Shown here: positions 38,774-48,799 of the stretch, piece after piece | How the letters are laid out: each line of letters starts with the position of its first letter | How positions within the stretch are numbered: the first letter of the stretch is position 1 | NCBI GenBank assembly: GCA_965213705.1 | Contig: OZ243913.1 | Location: 4,160,001-4,224,000 of the forward strand | Direction: 5' to 3' | Source of the DNA: Trueperaceae bacterium | GTDB lineage: Bacteria; Deinococcota; Deinococci; Deinococcales; Trueperaceae | DNA: 64,000 nt | Position numbers and translations under genes: made by a program | The notes under the pieces: model-generated | The model's input: only the letters and a program-made list of their open reading frames with translations | Databases searched by the model: none | What the model was told of the DNA's origin: nothing

Positions 38774-40087
38774 ATGAACATCGCCATTTTTGGACTGGGC
38801 TACGTCGGCTGTATTTCGGCCGCTTGCTTGGCGCAACAGGGCCACCGGGTTTACGGGGTCGACGTCAGCGGCACCAAAGTCGACCTTGTCAACGCGGGCA
38901 AAAGTCCCATCATTGAACATTCCATCGACACCATCATCGCCGAGCAGGTCGGCGCCGGGCGGCTGTCCGCGACGACCGACGCGGCGGCGGCCGTCGCCGC
39001 CACGGAGCTGGCGCTGGTGTGTGTAGGCACGCCCAGCCAGCCCAACGGCGACCTGGACTTAAGTTACGTCCGCCACGTGTCCGAAGACATCGGCCGGGCG
39101 TTGCAGGAACACACCGGTTTCTACGTTGTGGCGGTGCGCAGTACGATGCTGCCGGGCAGCGTCCACGGGGTCGTGGTGCCGGCCCTCGAGACCGCTTCGG
39201 GAAAGCGTGCGGGGCAGGACTTCGGCGTGTGCATCAACCCCGAGTTTTTACGCGAGGGGACGGCCGTCGCCGACTACCAAAACCCGCCCTTTACCCTCAT
39301 AGGGGCCGACGACGAGCGCACCGCGAACCTGGTCGCCAACCTGTACGCGCCCTTGGACGCGCCGCTCTACACCACCAGCGTCGCCGCGGCGGAAATGGTG
39401 AAGTACACCAGCAACGCCTTCCACGCGCTGAAGATAAGCTTCGCCAACGAAATCGGCTTGTTGTGCAAAAGTGTCGGCATCGACAGCCACACGGTCATGG
39501 ACATTTTTACCAAAGACACCCAGCTCAACATCTCCGACAAGTACCTCAAACCCGGCTTCGCTTTCGGCGGCTCGTGCCTGCCCAAAGACGTGCGGGCGAT
39601 AACCTACCGCGCCAAAACCCTCGACCTGGAGTTGCCTGTTCTGAAAGCGATTTTGCCGAGCAACGACGCCCACATCGAGCACGCGCTGCGCTTGGTAGAG
39701 AACCTCGGCAACAAGCGCGTCGGTCTGCTTGGGCTCAGCTTCAAGGCCGGCACCGACGACTTGCGCGAGAGCCCGGTGGTCACGTTGGTAGAAAAACTGC
39801 TCGGCAAAGGCTACGACTTGCGTATTTACGACCGCAACGTGTCGTTGGCGGCCATCATCGGGGCCAACAAACGCTACATCGAGCAAGTTATCCCGCACAT
39901 CTCGTCGCTGCTCGTGCCCGAGATAGGGGACGTTTTGGGGCACGCCGAGACCCTCGTCGTCGGCAACAACGCGCCCGAGTTTCGGGAAGCCTTGCAGCGT
40001 GTGCGGCCCCAACAACAGGTCGTCGACCTCGTCCGGCTGACCGACGAAGGGGCGTCGTTGGACAATTACCAGGGCATTTGCTGGTGA
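38774..40087 (+). CDS. GDP-mannose/UDP-glucose 6-dehydrogenase (AlgD-like)
   Basis: GLGYVG, CVGTPS, NPEFLREG, FGGSCLPKD, FKAGTDDLRESP. Confidence 0.92.
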   Translation: MNIAIFGLGYVGCISAACLAQQGHRVYGVDVSGTKVDLVNAGKSPIIEHSIDTIIAEQVGAGRLSATTDAAAAVAATELALVCVGTPSQPNGDLDLSYVRHVSEDIGRALQEHTGFYVVAVRSTMLPGSVHGVVVPALETASGKRAGQDFGVCINPEFLREGTAVADYQNPPFTLIGADDERTANLVANLYAPLDAPLYTTSVAAAEMVKYTSNAFHALKISFANEIGLLCKSVGIDSHTVMDIFTKDTQLNISDKYLKPGFAFGGSCLPKDVRAITYRAKTLDLELPVLKAILPSNDAHIEHALRLVENLGNKRVGLLGLSFKAGTDDLRESPVVTLVEKLLGKGYDLRIYDRNVSLAAIIGANKRYIEQVIPHISSLLVPEIGDVLGHAETLVVGNNAPEFREALQRVRPQQQVVDLVRLTDEGASLDNYQGICW

Positions 40088-41331
40088 TGGCCACCTCGCT
40101 CGACCCGCTGAGTCCGAAAGCCCCGCTCGACATCGTCGTCGTCGCGCCTAGGTTCCCTTTTCCTTTGGACCGGGGCGACCGGTTGACGGTCTACAACCTG
40201 CTGAAGTTTTTTTCGCAGCGTCACAAGGTGTCGCTGGTGTGTTTTTTAGAAGCCGACCAGGACCCGGACTGGGTGAGTAAGCTCGAGCCTTTTTGCGAGC
40301 GCGTCGTCACCGTGCCGCTGAGCAAGACGCGCGTTTACGCGAACTCGCTGACCGGCGCGCTGGGCAGCGTGCCCTTGCAGGTGCGCTACTACGCCGACCC
40401 GGCCATGACCAAAGCGGTAAACGACCTGGTCGCTACCCAAAAACCCGACCTGCTTTACGCCCACACCATCCGTATGGGTCAGTACGTCGAGCCTTTTCAC
40501 AACCTGCCGCGCGTTTTAGCCATGCAGATTTCGATGACCCTGAACTACCGCCGCTTGGCCGAGCGCGCCAAAAACTTGCTCCGAAAAAGTCTTTACACCC
40601 TGGAATACCGCAAGCTGCGCGCTTTTGAAGGTCGTTACGCCCGTAAGTTTGACAAGGTGTTACTCATCTCACCTCACGACTTGCGCGCTATAGAGCGCGA
40701 CGCGCCCCAAGACAACGTGTTTTTCAGTCCCCACGGCGTAGACTACGACTTTTTCGCGCCCGACCCGGCCGCGAAAAAAGTGCCGAACTCGCTCGTCTTC
40801 ACCGGCAACATGGGTTACGCCCCCAACGTCGACGCCGCCCGCTTTTTTTACGAACAGATTTTCCCTTTCGTTCGCGAGCAAGTGCCGGACGTCACCTGGA
40901 CCGTCGTCGGGACCAACCCCGCGCCCGAAGTCGCGGCGTTGGCCGCCGACGCGGCCGTCACCGTGACCGGCCGCGTCCCCGACCTGCGCGACCACCTCAA
41001 CCGGGCGCAGGTCGCTATCGACCCTTTGCGCGTCGGAGCGGGTTTGCAGAACAAGGTCCTGGAAGGCATGTCGACAGGGCTGCCGATGGTCATTACCTCG
41101 GTCGCCAACGAAGGTATTCAGGCGCCCCACCCCGACACGCTCCTGATAGCCGACGAACCGAACATGTTCGCGCAACGCGTCGTCGAGCTGTTGCAAGACG
41201 CGGACAAGCGCCGCCGTATGGGCGAAGCGGCTAGGGCCTTTATCATCGAATACTGGTCGTGGGAGAAGCACTTTGAGGACTTGGAAACGGTGCTGGGCGA
41301 CCTCGTGCTCGAGCACGGCCGAAAGACCTGA
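40087..41331 (+). CDS. GT4-family glycosyltransferase
   Basis: RFPFPLDRGD, FTGNMGYAPN, GLQNKVLEGM. The start overlaps the upstream stop. Confidence 0.88.
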   Translation: MATSLDPLSPKAPLDIVVVAPRFPFPLDRGDRLTVYNLLKFFSQRHKVSLVCFLEADQDPDWVSKLEPFCERVVTVPLSKTRVYANSLTGALGSVPLQVRYYADPAMTKAVNDLVATQKPDLLYAHTIRMGQYVEPFHNLPRVLAMQISMTLNYRRLAERAKNLLRKSLYTLEYRKLRAFEGRYARKFDKVLLISPHDLRAIERDAPQDNVFFSPHGVDYDFFAPDPAAKKVPNSLVFTGNMGYAPNVDAARFFYEQIFPFVREQVPDVTWTVVGTNPAPEVAALAADAAVTVTGRVPDLRDHLNRAQVAIDPLRVGAGLQNKVLEGMSTGLPMVITSVANEGIQAPHPDTLLIADEPNMFAQRVVELLQDADKRRRMGEAARAFIIEYWSWEKHFEDLETVLGDLVLEHGRKT

Positions 41332-41432
41332 ACCTTCGTCCATACACACGTTTGCAAGCACGCCTGAAAGCACAACCCTTCACAAACCGGGACCCGACCG
41401 GGGTCAGCAGCTTGCATCCAGCAAGGCTTTAC

Positions 41433-41448
41433 ACACTACATCTTGTAT
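41433..41448. promoter_or_regulatory. Putative NrdR box
   Basis: ACACTACATCTTGTAT resembles the NrdR consensus acaCwAtATaTwGtg and lies upstream of nrdJ. Confidence 0.5.
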
Positions 41449-41715
41449 GTTAGGCTTGCCGAGCTGTTACGGAAGGTAGACGACGCAGGTGCATCCGGGA
41501 ACAACGGGACAGAGCGGGTCAGTCCAAATGTGGGTTCTCGAAAAGGGTGCAGCTAAGGCGGACGCACGTGGTGCACAAAGCTCGAGCGGGGGCAACTCCA
41601 CGGTCAAGAAACACCTACCACAGGTTTACCCGGTGAGCTATTTACATACAATCAGTAGTATGCTAATTTGAGCGTCACAAGCAATTTACACACGAACGCG
41701 TAGAGAGGGAAAAAC

Positions 41716-44700
41716 GTGGACAAGCTCGCCTCATCCCACACGGAACCAGCAGCGACCCGGCCGACGGCTCAACTCGCGGCGTTCGACGAACACGCCGTCG
41801 CCATCGCCAAACGGCAGTACTTCACCCCCCAAGACAAAGACCTGGCGGGTTTGTTCCGGCGCGTCGCCGCCTGGGTCGCGACCCCCGAGGGTGAAGCGCA
41901 AGAAACGTACACCGCACGCTTTTTCGACCTCATGGCGTCGAAGCGGTTTTGCCCCGGCGGACGGGTTCTGGCGGGCGCGGCGACGAGCCACGGCAACGTG
42001 CTGAACTGTTTCGTCCAAGACGGCTCTCCCGAGACGGCTGGAACCGACACCTGGGTGCTCAAACTGGCGACCAAGCTCGCGCTCGTGACCAAGGTCGGCG
42101 GCGGCAACGGCCTGTGTCTGGACCCCCTGAAACCCAAACGCGCTTATCACCAGACTGCCGGACAGCTTTACTTGACCATTTCCCCCGCCCACGCCGACTA
42201 CGACAAGGTCAAAACGGGTACCTACATGGACCTGGTTCACGGCAAGTACGTTGCCAAGGGTTACCGCCGGGCGGTGTTTGTCGAACAAAGCGAGGTTCCC
42301 TCGGCGCTGCCCGTCTTGAACGTCGGCGACTCGGTCGAAAAAATTTGGGGGGCGGGGAGCGACATGATTGCGCGCATGTTACGGGGTGAGGACGTGCTCC
42401 TCGACCTCAGCAACCTGCGGCCCGAAGGTACGCCCGTGAAGGGCTCGGGCGGCACCAGCAGCGGCCCCAGCAGCTTCGCGGTCGAGGTGTTCGACAACTT
42501 TGCTGTTTGGGCGGCCCTGGGTGGGGCGAACCATGCCGGGCCGGTGGCGACGCTGCGCTACATTTTCGCCCCGACGCTGCGGGTCATCCGGCAGGGCGGC
42601 TGCCTCCACCCCGACACCTTAGTCAACACGAGCAAAGGCACCCTGCGACTGAGAGAACTTGTCGACGCTTACCAGTACGGTTGGCAAGACCACGCCCTGA
42701 AAGTCGCTACCGACGAGGGTTGGAAGGAGAGCCCCAGAGGCTTCAACAACGGGAACGTTTCTACCCTCAAGGTGACCCTTGGCAACGGGCAAGAAATTCA
42801 GGGCACTCCAAACCACAAACTCAAAGTTATGTGCGAGAACGGCGAGCGGCGCTGGGTCGCGTTGGAAGACTTGCAGCAGGGTGATTCCGTGATTCAGGTG
42901 CTCGACCAGCACACAGGTGCAGCCGTTACCCTCGCGCCACTGACAAAAACCCATCACAACACCAAGCCCATTCGCACGCCCGAGCAGCTTAACGAACACC
43001 TGGCTTTTTTCCTCGGCTACCTGTGGGGTGACGGTTTCGTCAGTGGCAACCGCGTCGGCTTTGCTGTGGCGCACGGTTCACCGATGATGAAGAAGACCCC
43101 TGAACTGTTCAGCGACCTGTTTGGGTTGGAAGTGAGGCTCGAGCAAAAAGAAAACGACAAAAGTGCCGTCTTCGTCGCCAGCAGTGCAGCGCTGGTGAGT
43201 TGGCTCGGGCAAAACGGGCTGACAAAGGGCAGGGCGAGAGAGCTGACCTTACCCAAAGCCGTCCGTCAAGCCCCGCGTCCCGTAGTGGGCGCGTTCCTGC
43301 GCGGACTTTTCGAAGCTGACGGCAGCGTGACCGTCGGCTATCCGACGCTGGCAAGTGCCTCTAAACAACTCCTTCAAGACGTAACCGTCATGCTGGCGGG
43401 CTTGGGCATTCCGTCGACCTTGCGAGGCGTTGCGGCGCGCAGCGACCGCTACTCCAAGCAGCCCATGTACCACGTCAAAGTCGTCAGCGCCAAAGGCCGT
43501 GAGCGGTTTTTAGAGCGCGTCGGTTTTATAGAAAAGTCACGCTTTGAAACCCTGCGCGACTTTCAACCGGACACCGCCAGAGAATCATCATGGCCGCTGC
43601 CTCACGCTTCGGCACTCCTCCAAACAGCTTTCGACGCTCTGCCCGCAGGTGCGAAAAGTCGTCCGTCGCCCTACACGTCGGCACGGAAAAACCTGTCGCG
43701 CTATATCCGCGGCGAGCGTCAGCTTACGTCAACGGGGCTCGAGCGGCTGAAGCGGAACACTCTCATCGCCGACAAGCTCCCCGAGTTCGACTTCGAAGAA
43801 TTTTTCATACCCGTCAAGTCTGTCGAAGACGGCGGACGCAGCCTGACCCTCGACCTGTCTGTAGCCGAGAACAAAACCTACCTCGCCAACGGCGTCGTCA
43901 GCCACAACACCCGCCGCGGCGCCGGCATGGCAACTATGTCCATCACCCACCCGGACATCCAGGACTTCATCACTGCCAAAGACTTGGAGCGCGAACAGCT
44001 CGAGGGCGACATTTCGACCTTCAACATCTCAGTCTTAGTGAGCGACACGTTTATGAACGAGAGCCGGACCGCGGGCGCGGCGGGCGTGCTTCATGACATC
44101 GCCGACCACGCCTGGCAGACCGGCGAACCCGGCCTCATCTTTATCGACCGTATCAACGAGTACAACCCACTGCGCTCGAGCCTGGGGGACATCAAGTCGA
44201 CGAACCCCTGCGTCACTGCGGACACTTGGGTCGGCACACAGCTCGGACCGCGCCAAGTACGAGACCTGATTGGCAAAAGGTTTTGCGCGGTCGTCGACGG
44301 CAAAGCGTACGCCGTAGAGTCGGCAGGCTTTTGGTCTACAGGTGTTAAACCCATTTATACCCTCGAGACGAAACGCGGTTTTAAGCTGCGACTGACCGGC
44401 AACCACAAACTCAACAAGGTCTTAAAAACGCACCACCGTCAGACGACGGCGTGGACCGAGGTCGCCGACTTGTGTGTAGGCGACGCCATCGCTTTGCAAA
44501 ACCACCGTGAGGTCGCGCCGTGGCCCGGCAAAGGCACAGTTCTCGAGGGTTGGTTGTTGGGTTCGCTGGTCGGGGACGGCACCTTTGTGACCGACAAGGC
44601 CGAACCGATGGCTTGTCTTGACTACTGGGGTGACAACCGCCACGCGCTTGCCGAACTCGCTCAGGACGGCCTGACAAAATTGGCTCCAGGAAAAGTATGG

Positions 44701-46755
44701 AAGAGTGAAAAGTTCGACAAAACGCGGCTCACGTCCTCGGCCTTGGCAAAATTGGCCGCGGACTTCGGCATCGAGCACCGCCGCAAAACAGTTACAGACG
44801 AAGTCGAAAAGGCGAGTCACGACTTTTACTGCGGCTTTTTGAGGGGTCTTTTCGACGCGGACGGTTCACCGCAGGGTGAGCAGGAAAAGGATGTGTCGGT
44901 TAGGTTGGCGCAGTCCAGTTTGGCGTTGCTCGAGCGAGTCCAGCGCATGTTGGCGCGTTTAGGGATTTTGAGTTCAATTTATTCGGAACGTCGCCCGGAG
45001 GGTGAGCGCTACCTGCCGGACGGGCGCGGCGGCTCGAGAGCCTACTTTTGTCAAGCCGACCACGAACTCGTTATCGCCAACGACAACCTGGAGGTTTTTC
45101 AGGCGCGGGTCGATTTCGAAGACGGTGCGAAAAGGGCAAGGTTGGCTCGGCAACTCAGCGCTTACCGGCGTGAACCGAACCGGGAGCGTTTTTCCGATGA
45201 GGTCGTCACCATCGAAGCCGCCGGTACCGAGGAAGTTTTTGACGTCACGGTCGAACACGTCCACGCCTTCGACGCCAACGGTATTTCGGCACATAACTGC
45301 GGCGAGATTCCACTTTTTCCCGGTGAACCCTGCGACTTAGGCGCTGTCAACTTGGCCGCATACGTGGTTGAGCCCGATCAGGGTCTCGAGGGCTTCGACT
45401 GGGACGCTTTCCACGCCGACGTGACGACCTGCATCCGCTTTTTGGACAACGTTTTGGAAGTCAACAAGTTCGCCCTGGCCGACAACCGCGAGATGAGTTT
45501 GAAGCTGCGCCGCTTGGGTTTGGGCGTGATGGGTCTGGCCGACGCGCTGATTCTGATGGGCCTGCGCTACGACAGCGACGCGGGCCGTGCGGCGACGAAG
45601 CACCTGATAGCCGAACTGCGCGACACGGCGACGCAGGCCAGCGAAGGGTTGGCCGCGGAGCGTGGGCCTTTTCCGGCCAGCGAAAACAGCAGCGTCGAGG
45701 CCGCGCGCCGCAACGTCGCCTTGCTCACCGTCGCGCCGACCGGCACGACCAGCATGTTGATGGGCGTCTCGAGCGGCATCGAGCCCGTGTTCGCGCCTTT
45801 CGTGTACCGCAAAATCGGCGACAGTTACGCGTCCTTAATCCACCCGCTGTTTCAAGAGCTGTTGGAGCGCCACGCGCCCCACCCGGACTTTCAAAAGAAC
45901 GACGCCTGGGACTGGGACAAGGTTGTCGAGGCGGTGCAGGGCAACCACGGCAGTGTGCAAGGTTTAGCGTTCGTCCCCGCCGCGGTCAAAGACGTTCTCG
46001 TCTGCGCCCACGACATCGCCCCCGAAGACCACGTCAAGATGCAGGGCGTCATCCAAACCACCTTCGACGGCGGCGGCAAAATGGTCGCCAACTCGATTTC
46101 CAAAACCATCAACATGCCCAACGAAGCTACCGTGGACGACGTGTACGACGCCTACAGCCTCGCGTTTGCGACCGGCTGCAAGGGCATCACCGTGTACCGC
46201 GACGGCTCGAGACAGTTCCAGGTGCTCAGCACTAAAAAAGAAGAGAAAAAGCCGGTTGCTCCCGAGCCTGTCAAGGTTGCCCCTACCAACGAACGCTTGC
46301 CCGGCGAGCCGCTGTTTGACCGGCCGGGGCGTTTGTCCGGCTTTACCGACACCGTCAAACTGATGTTGCCCAACGGCGAAAAGCGCGGCTTTTACGTCAC
46401 GGTCAACTCTCAAGACGGCTTGCCTACCGAGGTGTTCATCGTCTCAGGCAAGGCGGGCGACGAAGCCAACGCCGACTCGGAAGCTTTAGGGCGCATGGTG
46501 TCCATCGCCCTGCAGTACGGCGTACCCGCGGCGGTCGTTATCAAAACCTTGCGCGGCATCAACGGCGGCATGTACGGCACCTACCAGGGCCGCATGGTCG
46601 CCAGCAAGGCCGATTTGCTCGCGGTCGCCCTCGAGACTGCAGGCGTGGAAAACGTGCTCAACAAGGGCGCGACTTGCCCCAACTGCGCGGCCCCGCTTCG
46701 CTTTGAAGAGGGTTGCCAAAAGTGCGAGAGCTGCGGATACAGCAAGTGCGGTTGA
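41716..46755 (+). CDS. nrdJ: Adenosylcobalamin-dependent (class II) ribonucleotide reductase with two inteins
   Basis: PGGRVL, NCFV, TGEPG, NP/CGE, LGLGVMGLAD, APTGT, SKTIN, KGITVYRDGSR, and a C-terminal domain ending in a CPNC...CESC zinc ribbon. Confidence 0.93.
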   Translation: MDKLASSHTEPAATRPTAQLAAFDEHAVAIAKRQYFTPQDKDLAGLFRRVAAWVATPEGEAQETYTARFFDLMASKRFCPGGRVLAGAATSHGNVLNCFVQDGSPETAGTDTWVLKLATKLALVTKVGGGNGLCLDPLKPKRAYHQTAGQLYLTISPAHADYDKVKTGTYMDLVHGKYVAKGYRRAVFVEQSEVPSALPVLNVGDSVEKIWGAGSDMIARMLRGEDVLLDLSNLRPEGTPVKGSGGTSSGPSSFAVEVFDNFAVWAALGGANHAGPVATLRYIFAPTLRVIRQGGCLHPDTLVNTSKGTLRLRELVDAYQYGWQDHALKVATDEGWKESPRGFNNGNVSTLKVTLGNGQEIQGTPNHKLKVMCENGERRWVALEDLQQGDSVIQVLDQHTGAAVTLAPLTKTHHNTKPIRTPEQLNEHLAFFLGYLWGDGFVSGNRVGFAVAHGSPMMKKTPELFSDLFGLEVRLEQKENDKSAVFVASSAALVSWLGQNGLTKGRARELTLPKAVRQAPRPVVGAFLRGLFEADGSVTVGYPTLASASKQLLQDVTVMLAGLGIPSTLRGVAARSDRYSKQPMYHVKVVSAKGRERFLERVGFIEKSRFETLRDFQPDTARESSWPLPHASALLQTAFDALPAGAKSRPSPYTSARKNLSRYIRGERQLTSTGLERLKRNTLIADKLPEFDFEEFFIPVKSVEDGGRSLTLDLSVAENKTYLANGVVSHNTRRGAGMATMSITHPDIQDFITAKDLEREQLEGDISTFNISVLVSDTFMNESRTAGAAGVLHDIADHAWQTGEPGLIFIDRINEYNPLRSSLGDIKSTNPCVTADTWVGTQLGPRQVRDLIGKRFCAVVDGKAYAVESAGFWSTGVKPIYTLETKRGFKLRLTGNHKLNKVLKTHHRQTTAWTEVADLCVGDAIALQNHREVAPWPGKGTVLEGWLLGSLVGDGTFVTDKAEPMACLDYWGDNRHALAELAQDGLTKLAPGKVWKSEKFDKTRLTSSALAKLAADFGIEHRRKTVTDEVEKASHDFYCGFLRGLFDADGSPQGEQEKDVSVRLAQSSLALLERVQRMLARLGILSSIYSERRPEGERYLPDGRGGSRAYFCQADHELVIANDNLEVFQARVDFEDGAKRARLARQLSAYRREPNRERFSDEVVTIEAAGTEEVFDVTVEHVHAFDANGISAHNCGEIPLFPGEPCDLGAVNLAAYVVEPDQGLEGFDWDAFHADVTTCIRFLDNVLEVNKFALADNREMSLKLRRLGLGVMGLADALILMGLRYDSDAGRAATKHLIAELRDTATQASEGLAAERGPFPASENSSVEAARRNVALLTVAPTGTTSMLMGVSSGIEPVFAPFVYRKIGDSYASLIHPLFQELLERHAPHPDFQKNDAWDWDKVVEAVQGNHGSVQGLAFVPAAVKDVLVCAHDIAPEDHVKMQGVIQTTFDGGGKMVANSISKTINMPNEATVDDVYDAYSLAFATGCKGITVYRDGSRQFQVLSTKKEEKKPVAPEPVKVAPTNERLPGEPLFDRPGRLSGFTDTVKLMLPNGEKRGFYVTVNSQDGLPTEVFIVSGKAGDEANADSEALGRMVSIALQYGVPAAVVIKTLRGINGGMYGTYQGRMVASKADLLAVALETAGVENVLNKGATCPNCAAPLRFEEGCQKCESCGYSKCG
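42601..43908 (+). mobile_element. Intein 1 with LAGLIDADG homing endonuclease (436 aa)
   Basis: QGG|CLHPDT ... VVSHN|TRRGAG; TPNH block B; LGYLWGDG and LRGLFEADG. Confidence 0.93.
44209..45297 (+). mobile_element. Intein 2 with LAGLIDADG homing endonuclease (363 aa)
   Basis: TNP|CVTADT ... ISAHN|CGEI; TGNH block B; LGSLVGDG and LRGLFDADG. Confidence 0.93.
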
Positions 46756-46870
46756 CAAAGGTGGACGGTGAAGACAAGACCGGGAACTCAACGCCTGGGT
46801 AGTTAACGCCCGGCGCGAACAGCTGAACGCTCGGCTTTACCGAAACCGACACGCTCATCGCAAACAGCAA

Positions 46871-46901
46871 ACAGGGTGACGTCACTGCAACGTCACCCTG
46901 T
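46871..46901. terminator. Hairpin downstream of nrdJ
   Basis: acagggtgacgt-N7-acgtcaccctgt. No clear U-tract. Confidence 0.45.
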
Positions 46902-47021
46902 AACTGTGCCGAACCGAGAAGGCCTGCTCAAGTCTGCCGAAAAAACAAACCGGAAGCGGACCCCGTCAAGAAACCGTAAAGCCACCGCCGAGTTTGTACC
47001 TTTCCCGTTTGTTTACCTCGC

Positions 47022-47141
47022 ACCCTTTCCGTTTCGTTCCCTCGGAATTGAACGCGAGCAAAGCGAGAAAAAAGATACGAACTAGCAATAAGGAAGCGAA
47101 CAACTCTCCCAAGATCTACAAGCTGTAGTACCGGAATCCGT
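47022..47141. repeat. Degenerate dispersed repeat, copy B
   Basis: Similar to 24851-24992, same orientation. Confidence 0.7.
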
Positions 47142-47163
47142 ACCAGAACCAAACGAAAGGGTA

Positions 47164-47514
47164 CTACCTGCGGGTCAACAGTTCGACGTTTTTACCACGA
47201 TTTTTTTCTTCCAGGTGTTCGTGCCACAGCGTTTGGGCCAGCTCCTGAACCGAGGGTTCGCGGGTCGTGCGCGCGTAGCTGTAGCCCAGACGTAAGTCCT
47301 CGAGCGCGTCCTCGGGGTCGGCCGCAAGCGCCACGCGGTAGCGCGACAGGTGAACCTGGGCCAGCAGCACGTCGCGCATCCGTTGCGGTTTGACCGCGTG
47401 GAGGTCGCGCATGGCGGCGGCGTAGGCGGCCATCGCGCCGCGCACGTCACCGCGGCCGGCAAACACGACGCCGCGTTTGTAGTGCTCGGCCGCTTCGTAG
47501 AGAAGTTCGCGCAT
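47164..47514 (-). CDS. Small helical (TPR-like) hypothetical protein
   Basis: 116-aa ORF with host-like codon use. TATACT lies 7 nt upstream of the ATG. Confidence 0.7.
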   Translation of the reverse strand: MRELLYEAAEHYKRGVVFAGRGDVRGAMAAYAAAMRDLHAVKPQRMRDVLLAQVHLSRYRVALAADPEDALEDLRLGYSYARTTREPSVQELAQTLWHEHLEEKNRGKNVELLTRR

Positions 47515-47564
47515 AGGTGCGAGTATAGCCCGAGTTGGGTAACGAGGTAGTCGGGCATTGTGTT

Positions 47565-47629
47565 GGACCCCTGCGTCGAACCCCCGCGTTGAACCTCCAC
47601 ATTGAACTTCCGCGTTTAACCCCCGCGTT
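47565..47629. repeat. Five degenerate 13-bp tandem repeats
   Basis: ggacccctgcgtc gaacccccgcgtt gaacctccacatt gaacttccgcgtt taacccccgcgtt. Confidence 0.85.
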
Positions 47630-47655
47630 GCTGGACACCTGTCGGCCCGCTTTGG

Positions 47656-48576
47656 TCAGGGGGCTTTGTTGTACACAAAACCGGACAGGTCCAGCCCGCC
47701 TGCGACCCGGTAAGTGTCGACGCCCAGCACGTCGAGCAGCAGGTCGCCGCGCAGCTCGAGCAGCGTCGGGATGCCCTGCAACGCGGCCGCCAACGCCGCA
47801 CGCGCGGCGTCGTCGAGCTGCGCCGGTTGTGGGTAAAAGAGCAAGTCGAAACGGTTGCCCTGCGCGGCCGGCACCGGGACGAGGGACAAGTCTTGCGCGC
47901 CCAAGTCTTGCCCGCCGAGAAACACGTGCACCTCTTGACCCGACAAAAAGTAGCCGATGCCGCCCGTGTTTTCCGCGTTTACCGAGAGTTGGATGACGGG
48001 CGTGTCGGGGCGCAGCAAAAAGACGCGGCTCTGCGCGTCGACGAGCCGCAACTCGGGCGGCGTGACGCGCTCGCGCGCCATCGCCCCGCCGCTGACAAGC
48101 TTGCGCCGCGCGGTCCTGACCTCGTGGCTGCGCGAGGCGAACACAGTCACGCCGTCCAAGCGAAACGGCAGCGGCGTGGTGCTGAACGCCCTCGCCACCG
48201 CCCGAATCAAGTCGGGCTCACCCTCTAACGAAGCCGTCACCCGAAGTTTGAGCGGCGCTTGCTCACCGGCGGCGATAAAATAACCCGGCTCCACCACGCT
48301 TTCACCGACCGCCTTGCCCGCCAGCGCGACCTCATAGGCAACCTGCTCGAGCGTCACGCCAAACGCGTTCGGGTTTTCAACCTGCAGCCCGATGTTCAGT
48401 TCGACCGTCGCGCCCGCCCCCGGCGGGTCGAAGCGCTCGACCGCCGTTTGCCCCGGCACCACCGTGAACACGAGGGGTTGGATGGGTTCCAACGGGGCTA
48501 CTCTTTGGATGGGCCGCTGGTAGGGCGTACAAGCCGTGAGAAACACGAGCGAGAGGAGAAACGTGAGGCGTCGCAC
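47656..48576 (-). CDS. LEA type 2/WHy-domain lipoprotein
   Basis: Lipobox FLTAC after the GTG at 48576, the VENPNAFGV motif, and two beta-sandwich repeats. Confidence 0.75.
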   Translation of the reverse strand: MRRLTFLLSLVFLTACTPYQRPIQRVAPLEPIQPLVFTVVPGQTAVERFDPPGAGATVELNIGLQVENPNAFGVTLEQVAYEVALAGKAVGESVVEPGYFIAAGEQAPLKLRVTASLEGEPDLIRAVARAFSTTPLPFRLDGVTVFASRSHEVRTARRKLVSGGAMARERVTPPELRLVDAQSRVFLLRPDTPVIQLSVNAENTGGIGYFLSGQEVHVFLGGQDLGAQDLSLVPVPAAQGNRFDLLFYPQPAQLDDAARAALAAALQGIPTLLELRGDLLLDVLGVDTYRVAGGLDLSGFVYNKAP

Positions 48577-48799
48577 TCCGGTAGTGTAGCAAAGCCGCGT
48601 CGTCAGACGGCAAAATCGCTTTCTGCCGAACCCGCGAATGAACGGATAAAAGGTTACAACGCGGCTCGAGCCGCCACCGCCACTTCCCCGCTCGTCTTTC
48701 AAAACGTGTTGAGAGGCGTCAGCAAACTGAGTCAAACAGCTCGAGACGGCGCAACCGGCGCTTCGCACCGCGCTCGGGCAAACTAGAATGATGGATAGC

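Noticed and set aside
37161..38777. 538-aa Arg/Gly-rich ORF
   Set aside because: Alternative frame over the O-antigen-ligase gene, with low-complexity composition typical of spurious GC-rich frames.
39019..40086. N-terminal half of the 770-aa ORF (apparent fusion)
   Set aside because: Overlaps the dehydrogenase in another frame. The real GT4 starts at ATG 40087, coupled to the upstream stop.
41450..41715. Possible cobalamin riboswitch upstream of nrdJ
   Set aside because: I could not find a B12-box or other conserved core elements by eye. An Infernal/Rfam scan would settle it.
47565..47629. Possible CRISPR or iteron array
   Set aside because: Units are 13 bp, contiguous and degenerate with no spacers, and there are no cas genes in the window.
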